A stretch of 64,000 nt of DNA from Deltaproteobacteria bacterium (GTDB lineage Bacteria > Myxococcota_A > Polyangia > Fen-1088). Below, in pieces: positions 30,515-40,474 of this stretch. Where the stretch lies: contig JANRKS010000002.1 of the NCBI GenBank assembly GCA_033763315.1, forward strand, positions 1-64,000. The letters run 5' to 3'. Position numbers and translations under genes: made by a program. The notes below the pieces were generated by a model. It saw nothing but the letters and a program-made list of their open reading frames with translations. It was not told the DNA's origin and searched no databases. Position 1 is the stretch's first letter. Every line of letters starts with the position of its first letter.

Positions 30515-32631
30515 GCTTTCGCCGCACAACACTTGCCATCTTTTGCCTGGCTTCGGGGTGCGCGCCCCAAGACGTGACGTTGGTTGCGCCACGCAAAGAT
30601 GCAGGTGCGGATGCCTCATTGCAGGCTTGCTCGCCGTTGTCTAAGCCCCAACGTGGAGCCTTTGCCTATGGGGAAGCGTTGCAGAAATCGTTGTTCTTCC
30701 TAGATGCTCAAAGGGTTGGGCGCCTACCGCCAGACAACCGCGTCGCGTGGCGCGGCGACAGCTTACTGCGCGATGGTGAAGATGTGAGCCGCGATCTTAG
30801 CGGCGGATGGCAAGCAGGCTCAAACGCAACCAAGAACACCACAGTAACTGCGTACACGGTGGCGATGCTGTCATGGGGGCTGCTGGAAGCGGGCGGTGCC
30901 TTCGGTGCGGCCTGCCAAAAGAATGCGGCGCTCTCGAACCTACGCTGGGGGGTGGATGATCTGATTCGCGCGTTTACGCAGGACGGGCCCACGCGGTACG
31001 AACTGTTTGCGGGCGTTGGGCGTCAAGCCGAAGAATCTACTTTGTGGGTGCCGCCAGAAGTGCGTGATCAGCTGTCTTTGCGCCCGTCATTCAAAGTGGA
31101 CGACAAAGTTCCCGGCCCTGACATCGCGGGCCACGTCAGCGCTGCCTTTGCCGCAGCATCAATGGTCTTTCGCAGCGCCGGCGATGTTGTGTTTGCGAAT
31201 ACGCTACTGACGAAGGCGGAGCGCGCATTCACATTTGGGGACAATTTTCGCGAGAATTTGTTGAATCCCGACTTGGACGGCACGACGGTCAAGGACGCGC
31301 AGGGACGAATCAGCCACGATGTTCCTTACCGGTCCTTGGCAGCGGACAAACTTCTGTGGGCGGCCGCTTGGCTTCACAAAGCGCATCACGACCAAGCAGG
31401 GTACGACGGCAGATATGCACGGTCGGCGAATGCCTATTTCGATGAATTGAAGAACCATGAGGCGACGCCGCTCATCCACTGGAAAGATCACTCCGTATTC
31501 CTAGCCAACAAGGGGGCATGCTTGCTCCTTGCCCAGACCACACACGAACAACGCTTCGTGGATGTTGTTCAAAACTACATCGATTGGTGGACCATCGGAT
31601 TCGTTGATCGCGTTACGTATACACCGGGAGGGTTGCCATGGCGGCAACCTAGCAAGCCTTTCGCTTCTGCACTTAACGCTGCATTTTTGGCTTCGGTTTA
31701 TGCCCGTTGGGTGACAAGCGGTGTGTGCGAATCGACGAATGCGAAAACGAGCACACATAGCGGTGGAAAATGCGCGCAGGTTGCTGACGCGTTCGCAGTC
31801 ACAGTGGCCAACTATCTGCTTGGGCAGAATCCCAGCCGCCGCAGTTACATGGTTGGCTTTGGAAGCAATCCGGTCTTGCGGCCGCATCACGCAGCAGCCA
31901 TGGGTGCCTATGCTGGAGCCTTGCATTTTGCTGATCCAAAACATTTCTTCCCGCGTTGGCGTCATACGCTTTATGGCGCCGTCGTGGGGGGACCCAATGC
32001 ACAAGACGAATGGGCGGAAGCGGCCGTGGGCCAGATGCCGAGTGTGATCGAGGCTGAGCCAGCCTTGGAGTTTTCTGCTGCAGTCCCCGGGTTGATGGCG
32101 ATGCTCTTCGAATCCTGGGGTGGGCCAGCGTTGGCAGATGTCTTTGCGCCGGCCGTTCCCGGACCCGAGGAGGTCCAAGTCTTTGCGGAGGCGGCACTGT
32201 CCCTTGATGGGTCACTCGTGCACATTTGGATCAACAATCGATCATCGTGGCCCCCGGTTGTGCTTGATCGGTTGTCGGTGCGCTACTTCATCACGCTTGA
32301 GCCTGGTGTCAGCTTGACGGACGTTGAGGTCAGCCTGGTTCGTTCTGACTGCTTGCAGGCGAAGCCACCTCGTCTGATCGCTTGGCGCGATCGATTGGCC
32401 TATATAGACATCGACTGCACGGGCACCCCCGTCTTCCCCGGGGGCGTCGACGGCGCAGGCGGTGAACGGTTTCGCAAACACATTGAAATGCGCGTCACCG
32501 CCCCTGTATGGGATCCAAGCAACGATCCGTCGTTCGACGTCGGGCTGGTGGGCGCCGGAGAACCAGGGCGAATGACTGACAGGGTTGTGGTGTACGACCA
32601 ACAGCAGCGGGTGTTCGGCCGCGTGCCATGA
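30511..32631 (+). CDS. GH9-CBM3 cellulase-like lipoprotein lacking the catalytic DAGD aspartates
   Basis: Lipobox LASGC; YGEALQKSLFFLDAQRVG..RVAWRGDS, YLLGQNP..SYMVGFG..RPHH, LYGAVVGGP; CBM3c-like NRSSWP..RYFITL..WDPSNDPSF. GGWYDAGD is replaced by GGWQAGSN. Confidence 0.88.
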   Translation: MSFRRTTLAIFCLASGCAPQDVTLVAPRKDAGADASLQACSPLSKPQRGAFAYGEALQKSLFFLDAQRVGRLPPDNRVAWRGDSLLRDGEDVSRDLSGGWQAGSNATKNTTVTAYTVAMLSWGLLEAGGAFGAACQKNAALSNLRWGVDDLIRAFTQDGPTRYELFAGVGRQAEESTLWVPPEVRDQLSLRPSFKVDDKVPGPDIAGHVSAAFAAASMVFRSAGDVVFANTLLTKAERAFTFGDNFRENLLNPDLDGTTVKDAQGRISHDVPYRSLAADKLLWAAAWLHKAHHDQAGYDGRYARSANAYFDELKNHEATPLIHWKDHSVFLANKGACLLLAQTTHEQRFVDVVQNYIDWWTIGFVDRVTYTPGGLPWRQPSKPFASALNAAFLASVYARWVTSGVCESTNAKTSTHSGGKCAQVADAFAVTVANYLLGQNPSRRSYMVGFGSNPVLRPHHAAAMGAYAGALHFADPKHFFPRWRHTLYGAVVGGPNAQDEWAEAAVGQMPSVIEAEPALEFSAAVPGLMAMLFESWGGPALADVFAPAVPGPEEVQVFAEAALSLDGSLVHIWINNRSSWPPVVLDRLSVRYFITLEPGVSLTDVEVSLVRSDCLQAKPPRLIAWRDRLAYIDIDCTGTPVFPGGVDGAGGERFRKHIEMRVTAPVWDPSNDPSFDVGLVGAGEPGRMTDRVVVYDQQQRVFGRVP

Positions 32632-32770
32632 CCATTCGCGTGGCTTGAAAGCGATTTCAGGGCTTCTTCGGCAAATGCCTTCAACCGCGCGGGTGAGGCC
32701 TGCAACTTCCTTTGCAAGCCACCGTTCGCAAGCCACCTTGCGTGAGTCACGGGTGCTTTGGGATGTGTCA

Positions 32771-34612
32771 ATGAAGTACCGATACAACCGTTCCGCGAGG
32801 TCATTCATAGGCCTCATTGTTGCGTTTTCCATGGGCTCTGCATGCCAGGGGACCATCTCGTCGACGCAAAGCAACTCGGGTGAGGAAGGGGACGTCGGTG
32901 GCAAGGGTGGCACCAAAGATGAGCGCGGCGCTGGCCGCGCCGGCAGCCCGTCAACCGGCGACCCACGCGGCGAAGGCGGAGGCACTTTAGGTCAGGGAGG
33001 CGCGGACGAACTTGCGGAGGAACCTCGCAATCCTTTTACCGGCGAAGAGCCACTGTCATGCGACAAAAGCCAATCATTGCCCTTGCCCCGGCGGCTCTGG
33101 CGGCTGACGCCCATGCAGTACCGAAACACGGTGCACGCCGCCTATGCTGGGCGAGGTGTGCTTGGGGTCTGGAAAAATGGAGCACCGGCACGCATAGACG
33201 CCTTGATCCCCTTCGATGGCGTGAACAAGGCGGACCGGTACTCGAACTACGCTGGTAGCTTCACGATGTCGGATCGCGAGTTGTGGTACGCCGTAGAAGC
33301 GGCAGCCGATCTTGCGCGCCAGTTTGGTGGCAGCAAATGCGCCACCGTGGCAGATGATAAGTTTGCGGCGTGCATCCGCGAGCGCGTGTCTTCGACCGGC
33401 GAGATCTTGTTTAGTCGGCCGTTGCTGGACGCGGAACTAGATCTTTATTCGTCACTGGCGACAGACAATGTAGCGGCGCTTGGAAAAGCTGAGGCGCTCA
33501 TCCTTGCATACCAGGGCTTGCTGGCCTCACCATCGTTTTTGTTTCGGTCAGAAATTGGCATGGGGCAGGCGCCCGAAGACGGGCGCGTTCGTCTATCCAT
33601 GTTCGAGATCGCGGCGGCACTGTCGTACTCGCTTACCGATATGCCCCCCGATCCCATCCTTTATGATTTGGCCAAGGCAGGCAAGCTGGATAGCAAGGAC
33701 GCCATTGCTCAACAGGTGGAACGCCTGCTGACGCTGCCCATGCAGAAGGACGTGGTGCGGCCCACTTTGAAATTCTTCCGCGAGTACTTTCACTACGAAA
33801 ACGCCCCCGCCTCGTTCAAGGAAGTCACATGGCACAAACCTGGGATGCTTGTTTCAGACACCGACGGCTGGTTTGACAACCTGATTCGCACCTCGGGGCG
33901 CAAGGATTTTCTCACGAACGTGCTGACAAGCAACGTCATGATGGTGCAGGGATACACATCACGCAACTATGACCTTGAGCTCGACAATAAAGTGCAAAGC
34001 ACCTTGATGCTTTTGAATGCCACGCAACGTGCTGGCATTCTCACACAGCCTTCCTTCCTCGTGGCGTTTTCGCAAAACGAGCATACACAGCCAGTGCAAA
34101 GAGGGCGCTTTGTTCGTGAGTCCCTATTGTGTGGAGTGGTTCCCTCTTTGCCAGGAGGCAACGTGCCACCGTTGCCTGATCTCGGCCCGAACCCAACATT
34201 TCGAGCCATTCACGAAGCCCACTCGAAGAACCCAACTTGTTACGCCTGTCATAAATTCATGGATCCTTTGGGCCTGGCCTTTGAGAGCTACGATGACCTC
34301 GGTCGGTACCGCACGATGGACGGTATCAAGCCGGTCGACGCAAGTGGTGTGCTGGAAGGGGCGTCGCCCGCGGTCGACGGTGCGTTCGACGGCGTGGTGC
34401 AACTTTCACAGAAGCTGGCCAAAGCAGACGTCGTTCGGCAGTGCTTCGTGGTTAACAACTTTCGCTTTTGGTCCGGCCGTGGCGAGGACCTAAGAGCAGA
34501 CGGCTGCACGTTGCTTGCACTTGACGAGGCCTTCAAGCGCGGCGGCGATTACGTGGCGATGCTGAACACGTTCTTTAGCTCCGATGCCTTCTTGCAACGC
34601 AAAGCCAATTGA
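32771..34612 (+). CDS. DUF1592/DUF1588-domain lipoprotein with CxxCH (copy 2)
   Basis: Lipobox GSAC, WRLTPMQYRNTV, SPSFLFRSE, RAGILTQP, PVQRGRFVRESLLC, CYACH..MDPLGLAFESYD. Confidence 0.9.
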   Translation: MKYRYNRSARSFIGLIVAFSMGSACQGTISSTQSNSGEEGDVGGKGGTKDERGAGRAGSPSTGDPRGEGGGTLGQGGADELAEEPRNPFTGEEPLSCDKSQSLPLPRRLWRLTPMQYRNTVHAAYAGRGVLGVWKNGAPARIDALIPFDGVNKADRYSNYAGSFTMSDRELWYAVEAAADLARQFGGSKCATVADDKFAACIRERVSSTGEILFSRPLLDAELDLYSSLATDNVAALGKAEALILAYQGLLASPSFLFRSEIGMGQAPEDGRVRLSMFEIAAALSYSLTDMPPDPILYDLAKAGKLDSKDAIAQQVERLLTLPMQKDVVRPTLKFFREYFHYENAPASFKEVTWHKPGMLVSDTDGWFDNLIRTSGRKDFLTNVLTSNVMMVQGYTSRNYDLELDNKVQSTLMLLNATQRAGILTQPSFLVAFSQNEHTQPVQRGRFVRESLLCGVVPSLPGGNVPPLPDLGPNPTFRAIHEAHSKNPTCYACHKFMDPLGLAFESYDDLGRYRTMDGIKPVDASGVLEGASPAVDGAFDGVVQLSQKLAKADVVRQCFVVNNFRFWSGRGEDLRADGCTLLALDEAFKRGGDYVAMLNTFFSSDAFLQRKAN

Positions 34613-34620
34613 GGCCAAAC

Positions 34621-35982
34621 ATGATCAGCCGCCGCCGCTTCGTGGAAAATCTGGGCCTGTCTTCAGGCGCGTTATTCCTTAAACCTATTGCCGAATCCTT
34701 GTTCAACCGCGCGCAGGGCGCCGCGGTCCGAACCAAGAGGGTGGTGTACCTTTTGAGCGGCAACGGCATGCGCCGTGATTGGACTTTTACGCCGCCGGAA
34801 ATCTCGCTTCCGAGCAGCGGGTGGGATCCTGTGCTGCCTGGAAAGACCAGCTTCACGTGGCCGGCAATGTTCAAGAAGTTGGAACCTTACCGAAGCCGAG
34901 CCCTTTTGATCGATGGCTTGGCAAACCAAATGCCGGGAGCGATGCACTCCACGGGCTATGGCGCTCTTTCTTGTTTCACAGCAGCGGGTGGTGCATCCAA
35001 CGAGGAGTTGGCGGCCCCGGGTGGAATCACAATCGACCAGCACATCGCGAAAGGCATGAATACAGCCTTCAAATCCGTGTTGGTGGGTGTGGGGCCAAAC
35101 AAATCAGTGTTTGCCTCGGGCCGGGAACGACCTGAGGCCGCGATCACCGACCCGGCTCAATTGCATCGCGCTCTGTTCGGGGCCAGTGCCTCAGATACCA
35201 ACGGCCTTGCGGGCGGCAATCGGTTGCGACAGAAGGCACTGTTCGATGTCTACAGAAAAGATATTGCACGCCTTACCCGGGGTTTGGCCACCAGCGAGCG
35301 CATCCCACTTGATCGGTATTTGGAGGCCATTGAAGGTTTAGATCAGCAGGCGCGGCTGTTGGCCGGTCTTGTGTGCCCAGCGCCCAGCGCACCGGCGGCG
35401 GCAGCCGTGGTCGAGGACACGTTGGAACAGGTGGTGACCTTCGCAAACATGGCACTCATATGTGGAATTACGAACGTTGTTGGCATCTCTGCAGGCACGA
35501 GTAAGTCGCACAACCACTTCCCGAAGTACACGCGCGCCTTGCGTGACGCTGGCCTTGATCCTGCCGAACGAGATTGGACCTATGGCCACGATGAAGACTC
35601 GATCGTGCGCCAAGGCATGACCGCTGTTTACAACTACCTTTCGGGCATCTTCGTCTCAATGATTAAGGCGCTTGAAAAGGTGCCCGAAGGCGATGGCAAC
35701 ATGTTCGACAACACCGTATTCATCATGTTGAGCTGCAACGCCGAGGCACATCACGCAAATCATGAGGGATGGCCGATGCTGGTGGTCGGCAACGCTGGAG
35801 GCGCTCTTAAGGCGGATGGTCGGTTCATTCGGTACCCTCACAAAGGCAGCAGCAAGGAGTATCGCGGCCTTTGCGATTTTCACAGCACCATCGCAACGGC
35901 TGTGGGGGTGGCGACCGAGTCATTCGGCAAGGGTGGCAGCGAACCGCCGAAGGGCGTTCTGTCAGAGCTCCTCGCCGTCTGA
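34621..35982 (+). CDS. DUF1552 family protein, Tat-exported (copy 2)
   Basis: ISRRRFV, LEPYR..LIDGL, TIDQHIA, ALICGITNV, PEGDGNMFDNT, WPMLVVG. Confidence 0.88.
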   Translation: MISRRRFVENLGLSSGALFLKPIAESLFNRAQGAAVRTKRVVYLLSGNGMRRDWTFTPPEISLPSSGWDPVLPGKTSFTWPAMFKKLEPYRSRALLIDGLANQMPGAMHSTGYGALSCFTAAGGASNEELAAPGGITIDQHIAKGMNTAFKSVLVGVGPNKSVFASGRERPEAAITDPAQLHRALFGASASDTNGLAGGNRLRQKALFDVYRKDIARLTRGLATSERIPLDRYLEAIEGLDQQARLLAGLVCPAPSAPAAAAVVEDTLEQVVTFANMALICGITNVVGISAGTSKSHNHFPKYTRALRDAGLDPAERDWTYGHDEDSIVRQGMTAVYNYLSGIFVSMIKALEKVPEGDGNMFDNTVFIMLSCNAEAHHANHEGWPMLVVGNAGGALKADGRFIRYPHKGSSKEYRGLCDFHSTIATAVGVATESFGKGGSEPPKGVLSELLAV

Positions 35983-36037
35983 CTTAGACTGCTCGGCTTG
36001 TTGCAGCCGAACCGCGTTTTGTGACAAAACGGTTGGT

Positions 36038-36282
36038 ATGCTTTACGCAATTCTTTGTTACGACTCCGAGGACGCCGTCTGGTCGTGGACCAAAGAACAG
36101 GAAGCGGCTGCCATGGCGAAACTCGGCGTGGTCAGCAATTGCTTGGCTTCTTTATCGTCGAGTGTGAATCGCAGGCCCAAGCCATCGAAACCGCGCGTGA
36201 GTTCGCGCGCGCCAGCAGTTCAGCGGGCGCCTACGAGATTCGGCCTTTGGCTCTCTTTGCACCGGGGCCCGCTTCGACTTAG
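36038..36282 (+). pseudogene. YciI-family gene with internal deletion and frameshift
   Basis: MLYAILCYDSEDAVWSWTKEQEAAAMAKL in one frame and QLLGFFIVECES..AIETARE..YEIRP in another. The central DGPFAETKE segment is missing. Confidence 0.72.
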
Positions 36283-36630
36283 CTTCGTTGCGCAGGTGAT
36301 TGCTTCGGGCCAGCGACGACGCTCAACCCCGCTGCGACTCCGGAATTTGTCGTGGCGTAGGTTACGGGTCCAAACCATCTGACACTGACGTCTAGCAGCA
36401 CAGGCCCGTTTTCCGTGCGCCAACCGCGTTGTCATAGTCGTGAGCGACCGACACCCGGGGTGTTTTGGGGGGAGTCCCAACCCGACAGAAACGCGACACC
36501 GATGTCGCAGAAATTCAACACTTTCACCACTTCCTAAGCCGTTCGAAGCCATAAAACACAGTGGTTACGCGGTGACTTGCATTGGTTAATGTGAGGCACG
36601 ACCATTGCAGAGTGGCGCGTCGAAAGTGAG

Positions 36631-39294
36631 GTGCTCCAAATGAGCATCAGACTGCGACCCCTTGTGACCGTACGATCCTCCTCAATTCTTTTGCACCTGT
36701 CCTGCGTATGTATTGGCTTAAGCCTCGCCGCGTGTGATGGAGACAAACCCACCGATCCCGATCTGCGCGCGATTCTTGATGACGGCGACTTAGGCGCCCT
36801 GGTGCAAGGGCAAGCCCAGACCAAAGGCGATCCGGGTGGTGCCGGCGGCGCCGTTCCTGGCACCGGCGGAGACACAGGTATGGGCGGCAGCGGCGGCTTT
36901 GGCGGCATGGTTCCTGGACCCGTTGGCGGCAAAGGTGGCGCGCCACCGCCTCCACCTAAAGGTGGCAGTGGTGGCAGCAGCAGCTGTGGACCTTCGGGCA
37001 CCGGGGGCTTCTTCTCAACGGACGCAGGCATGCCGCCCCCGAAGGGCCCCGCGGCGCCTGTTGACGGGGGCATGCCAAGCGGTGACGCCGCTGTCGCCGA
37101 TGGCGGTGGTGCGGGCGGAGGATCCTGCTTTAACGGACCTCTTGGTTTTTGGGAGTTCAATGACTGCAACGACTTCCGCACGCAGTTGAATGATTCATCG
37201 TTCAATGGCAACACGGCCTTCCGTTCAATCAAGGCGAGCTGCGCGGCAGGCTTTGCGGGGCAGGGCGTCTCGTTGCCCAACCTCACTGACCTCGTATACG
37301 TCCCCGACCAACCCACCTTTACGTTCGGCCGCGGCGTCACAGTGGCTGCGTGGATTAACCCGCGCAAGTTAGGTGGTGTGCAATCGCTTTTCCGCAAACG
37401 GCAGAGCCTGACCAGCTCATTGGCTTTGGTGTTAAATGGCAAACAATTGCAGTTTGTCATCGATCGCAAAGGCGCCTTGCCAGCCTCGATCGAATGGAAA
37501 GGCATCAAAGAGGGCACTTGGACGCACGTGGCCGCGCGCTTTGATGGCGCGTCTTTGGCGTTGTTTATCAATGGCAAGTTGGTCACAGAGAAAAGCGCGC
37601 CCGGCACCATCGCCGATGGTGAAGGGCCGCTGCTGATCGCGAACGACGCTTTCTTCCGTCGTTTTGATGGCGTGGTTGATAACGTCTGGTTCGCGACGTC
37701 GCCTGCGCCCAATGACGTGGTTGCGGGTTTGACATGCGCACCACGCGCTCCCACTTTGGTGGCGACGCCCAGCAACAGTGGCCCTGTGGCGGCCGGCTCG
37801 TCATTCACGTTTGATTTGGCATTGAAAAACAACAATTCGTCCAGCTGCGCGGCTGAATCATTTTTCTTTTTCTCGAACAGCTTTTTCCCCGACATTTCGA
37901 TAAACCCAAGTTTCACTTCGCTCACATTGGGCAGCGGCGAAACGCAACACATACCTGTGGTGGTCACGTCGCAAAGCGAATCAGAACCGGGGGAGCGTCA
38001 GCTTTCCTTCCAGGCGCAAAGCAACCAGCGCTTCAACGATGGGCCAGCTTTCGCCAACGCCACGTTGGTTGTGGCTGAACAAACAGGATGCCACGTGAAG
38101 ACCTCGCGCGAGCTTCTGATCAAACACCTGTCAGTCGTGGATGATCCGGTTCGCACAGCCGATGAAACACCAGGCGACCCGCGCAACGCGCAGTGGACTT
38201 TCAAGCATTTGATGGAGCAAATGGCGCCCTCGCCTGAGGCGGCACCTGACATGGTGGAAGAGATGTTCAAAACATGGCTCACGCCACAAATGGTGAATGA
38301 CTTTACGATTGATGCGCGACCCGCGATGCAAGATCTTGTTTTGCAGTCGTGGCCACGCACGGCCAATGGCAAGCTTGATTTGGCGCATCCACCGTTGCAG
38401 CTGCAAGCGATCGTTAACCGGTTCGATTTGCGCAACCTGGAAGAGAACAATGCGGGAGAGGGCCGCTTTGTGTTTGCTGTGCTGAACCAAGGGTTCCCTA
38501 TGCAGTTCACTTTGATCCTTGAATACAAATTGCCCGCGCATACGCTTGCCGAAGTGCAAACGTGGGCCAACGATTGGCACGCATTGGGCGCCTTGCCGTT
38601 CCCCTCAGAGGCCTACAACGCCGCGCTTGCAGATCTCACCGAACGTTTTGTGAAGCACGGTGCCGCTCCGGGGCGGCCCAACGGCAGTGCCATCAACGCG
38701 GTTCGCACAAACGAAATCGCTTTGTCGTTTGAATGGCAGTTGCGTGAGTTCGATCTCGATCCAACGACGGGATTGTTGCGACCAACATCGATCAAGTTGA
38801 CGCCTGACATTGGCTTCAACAACACGCCAGCGCTGGCCGATTGGATCAACGCCAACCAGGCGGCCATCATCGCAGAAACGCACGACGTGCCCGCCACGTT
38901 CAACGGTGCGCCGTTCTTGGGTGGCGCCGTTCGCAACGATTTGACGGGTTGGAACGCGCCGGGCGTGGATCCAGAAGCGCGCTTTCACTTCTCGTTGAAC
39001 ACCTGCAATGGCTGCCATTCAAGCCAAGAAACCAACACGGGCTTCTTGCAGATCTCGCCGCGGTTCCCTGGCACCGAGGCGTTTTTGTCTGGGTTCATGA
39101 CAGGCACATCTGTGTTTGATGGGTTCTCAGGCACAATCCGTTCGTTTAACGATCTGGGCAGGCGCAACACCGATCTGAAAGGCATCGTGTGCGGCTCCGA
39201 CCCAGCGGTGGCTCCTAAAGGCGTGGCTGCCACTAGCCGCATCGCCGCTCCATCGACGGATAAACTGCGCCACGGCATCCGTCGCGTGCACTAA
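36631..39294 (+). CDS. Lipoprotein with LamG/concanavalin-like domain, Ig-like domain and C-terminal CxxCH domain
   Basis: Lipobox LAAC, Gly/Pro tether, TVAAWINP..WTHVAARFDG..LFING..FDGVVDNV, then RTNEIAL..WQLREF..NTCNGCH. Confidence 0.85.
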   Translation: MLQMSIRLRPLVTVRSSSILLHLSCVCIGLSLAACDGDKPTDPDLRAILDDGDLGALVQGQAQTKGDPGGAGGAVPGTGGDTGMGGSGGFGGMVPGPVGGKGGAPPPPPKGGSGGSSSCGPSGTGGFFSTDAGMPPPKGPAAPVDGGMPSGDAAVADGGGAGGGSCFNGPLGFWEFNDCNDFRTQLNDSSFNGNTAFRSIKASCAAGFAGQGVSLPNLTDLVYVPDQPTFTFGRGVTVAAWINPRKLGGVQSLFRKRQSLTSSLALVLNGKQLQFVIDRKGALPASIEWKGIKEGTWTHVAARFDGASLALFINGKLVTEKSAPGTIADGEGPLLIANDAFFRRFDGVVDNVWFATSPAPNDVVAGLTCAPRAPTLVATPSNSGPVAAGSSFTFDLALKNNNSSSCAAESFFFFSNSFFPDISINPSFTSLTLGSGETQHIPVVVTSQSESEPGERQLSFQAQSNQRFNDGPAFANATLVVAEQTGCHVKTSRELLIKHLSVVDDPVRTADETPGDPRNAQWTFKHLMEQMAPSPEAAPDMVEEMFKTWLTPQMVNDFTIDARPAMQDLVLQSWPRTANGKLDLAHPPLQLQAIVNRFDLRNLEENNAGEGRFVFAVLNQGFPMQFTLILEYKLPAHTLAEVQTWANDWHALGALPFPSEAYNAALADLTERFVKHGAAPGRPNGSAINAVRTNEIALSFEWQLREFDLDPTTGLLRPTSIKLTPDIGFNNTPALADWINANQAAIIAETHDVPATFNGAPFLGGAVRNDLTGWNAPGVDPEARFHFSLNTCNGCHSSQETNTGFLQISPRFPGTEAFLSGFMTGTSVFDGFSGTIRSFNDLGRRNTDLKGIVCGSDPAVAPKGVAATSRIAAPSTDKLRHGIRRVH

Positions 39295-39314
39295 CGCAGT
39301 GAATTGAGTGATCA

Positions 39315-39353
39315 GAAACGCCTGTGGCTTCGCGCGGAGGCCACAGGCGTTTC
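39315..39353. terminator. Long hairpin between convergent genes (bidirectional terminator)
   Basis: GAAACGCCTGTGGC...GCCACAGGCGTTTC, 14-bp perfect arms. Confidence 0.7.
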
Positions 39354-39407
39354 ACATACACCATACGGGGGCGCTTCTGCCAGCGGTGTGCAGCACCCAG
39401 CGGCTTA

Positions 39408-40265
39408 TCAGCGGCGACCGCGCGACGACCGACTTGGCATTCGCTCTGGGGGCAAACCCGGTGCGGGTGGTGTTGTGAAGCCTGGCGCGGGTGGTGTTGT
39501 TAAACCTGGCGCTGGTGGTGTTGTGAACATCGGCGCGGGAGGCGGCGTAAACATGGGAGCTGGAGGCGATGTGAACATCGGCGCTGGAGGTGAGGCCAAT
39601 TGCGCGAATCCGCCTGGCATCAGCGCCGGCCGAGCAGCATTGCCTTGTCCTAAGTAAACCGAAGGCCGTGTCGCATTGCCTGGTATCACCCAGTAATCCG
39701 GACCTGCAGGTGTGGGCGCGGTCGCGATGGGTTCAGGCGCGGGGTCATCCTCTGGTTGCGCCGTGGTGACGGCCTCAGTTTCAATCGCAAGGGCCGAGGC
39801 TTCGGCTTCTTCTTTGGGCGCCGACTCTTTGACTGGCGTTTCCGTTTGCATACTCTCATTCTCCAACGTAGTCGTGGGCGGCTCTTGAGGCGGCGCCTGA
39901 TGCGGCTCTTCGGCGATTACGGCTTGGCTAGCTGCATCGGCAGGATCCAATAGCTGCGCGAAGTCCTCCGGCGAAGGAAAGGCAGATTGCGGGCTGGCAT
40001 CGGGGGTGAAAGGAAGGATGGTCATTGCCGTTTCTGAGCTGGGATCCCGATCCGCTTCCTCCGATTCTTCGGAGGGCACTAGGGTGGCATCATCCACGCC
40101 GCGATCGGCCCGAAGCAACGGCGCACGGATGCCATAGCGAAGCATCGTAACAACGCCCCCCGCAAGCGCGCCTGCGATCATCAAAACCGCCACAAACCTC
40201 AAGGCAACAGAAAGCGGCCGCCTGGGGGGCTGCTCTTCGTTGTTTAGGGGATCGTGGGGAGGCAT
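39408..40265 (-). CDS. Hypothetical single-pass membrane protein, acidic/Pro-rich
   Basis: N-terminal TM helix, low-complexity acidic region, PPAP repeats. Confidence 0.6.
   Translation of the reverse strand: MPPHDPLNNEEQPPRRPLSVALRFVAVLMIAGALAGGVVTMLRYGIRAPLLRADRGVDDATLVPSEESEEADRDPSSETAMTILPFTPDASPQSAFPSPEDFAQLLDPADAASQAVIAEEPHQAPPQEPPTTTLENESMQTETPVKESAPKEEAEASALAIETEAVTTAQPEDDPAPEPIATAPTPAGPDYWVIPGNATRPSVYLGQGNAARPALMPGGFAQLASPPAPMFTSPPAPMFTPPPAPMFTTPPAPGLTTPPAPGFTTPPAPGLPPERMPSRSSRGRR
39447..39590 (-). repeat. Six degenerate 24-bp tandem repeats encoding PPAP(M/G)(F/L)xx
   Basis: PPAPMFTS, PPAPMFTP, PPAPMFTT, PPAPGLTT, PPAPGFTT, PPAPGLPP. Confidence 0.8.
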
Positions 40266-40474
40266 CGGCCGTCAAGCTTACCGCGGCGGCGCATGAAAGC
40301 CGCAACAGATGCTGACGGCATAGCCAGCGCGGCTACGATTTTGGGGCATGGGCGTGGTCACCGCTCACTGATCCGTACCCGAATTGAAATGAGTGCGTCG
40401 GGGCTCGGTTCGAAAGTTATCTCCGTGCCCCACGAGGCCCACCAAGCGTCAGGACGTCATCAATGCGGACGCAA

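Noticed and set aside
39447-39590. 24-bp tandem repeat as a CRISPR or contingency locus
   Set aside because: No spacers, and synonymous divergence between units shows an ordinary Pro-rich coding repeat.
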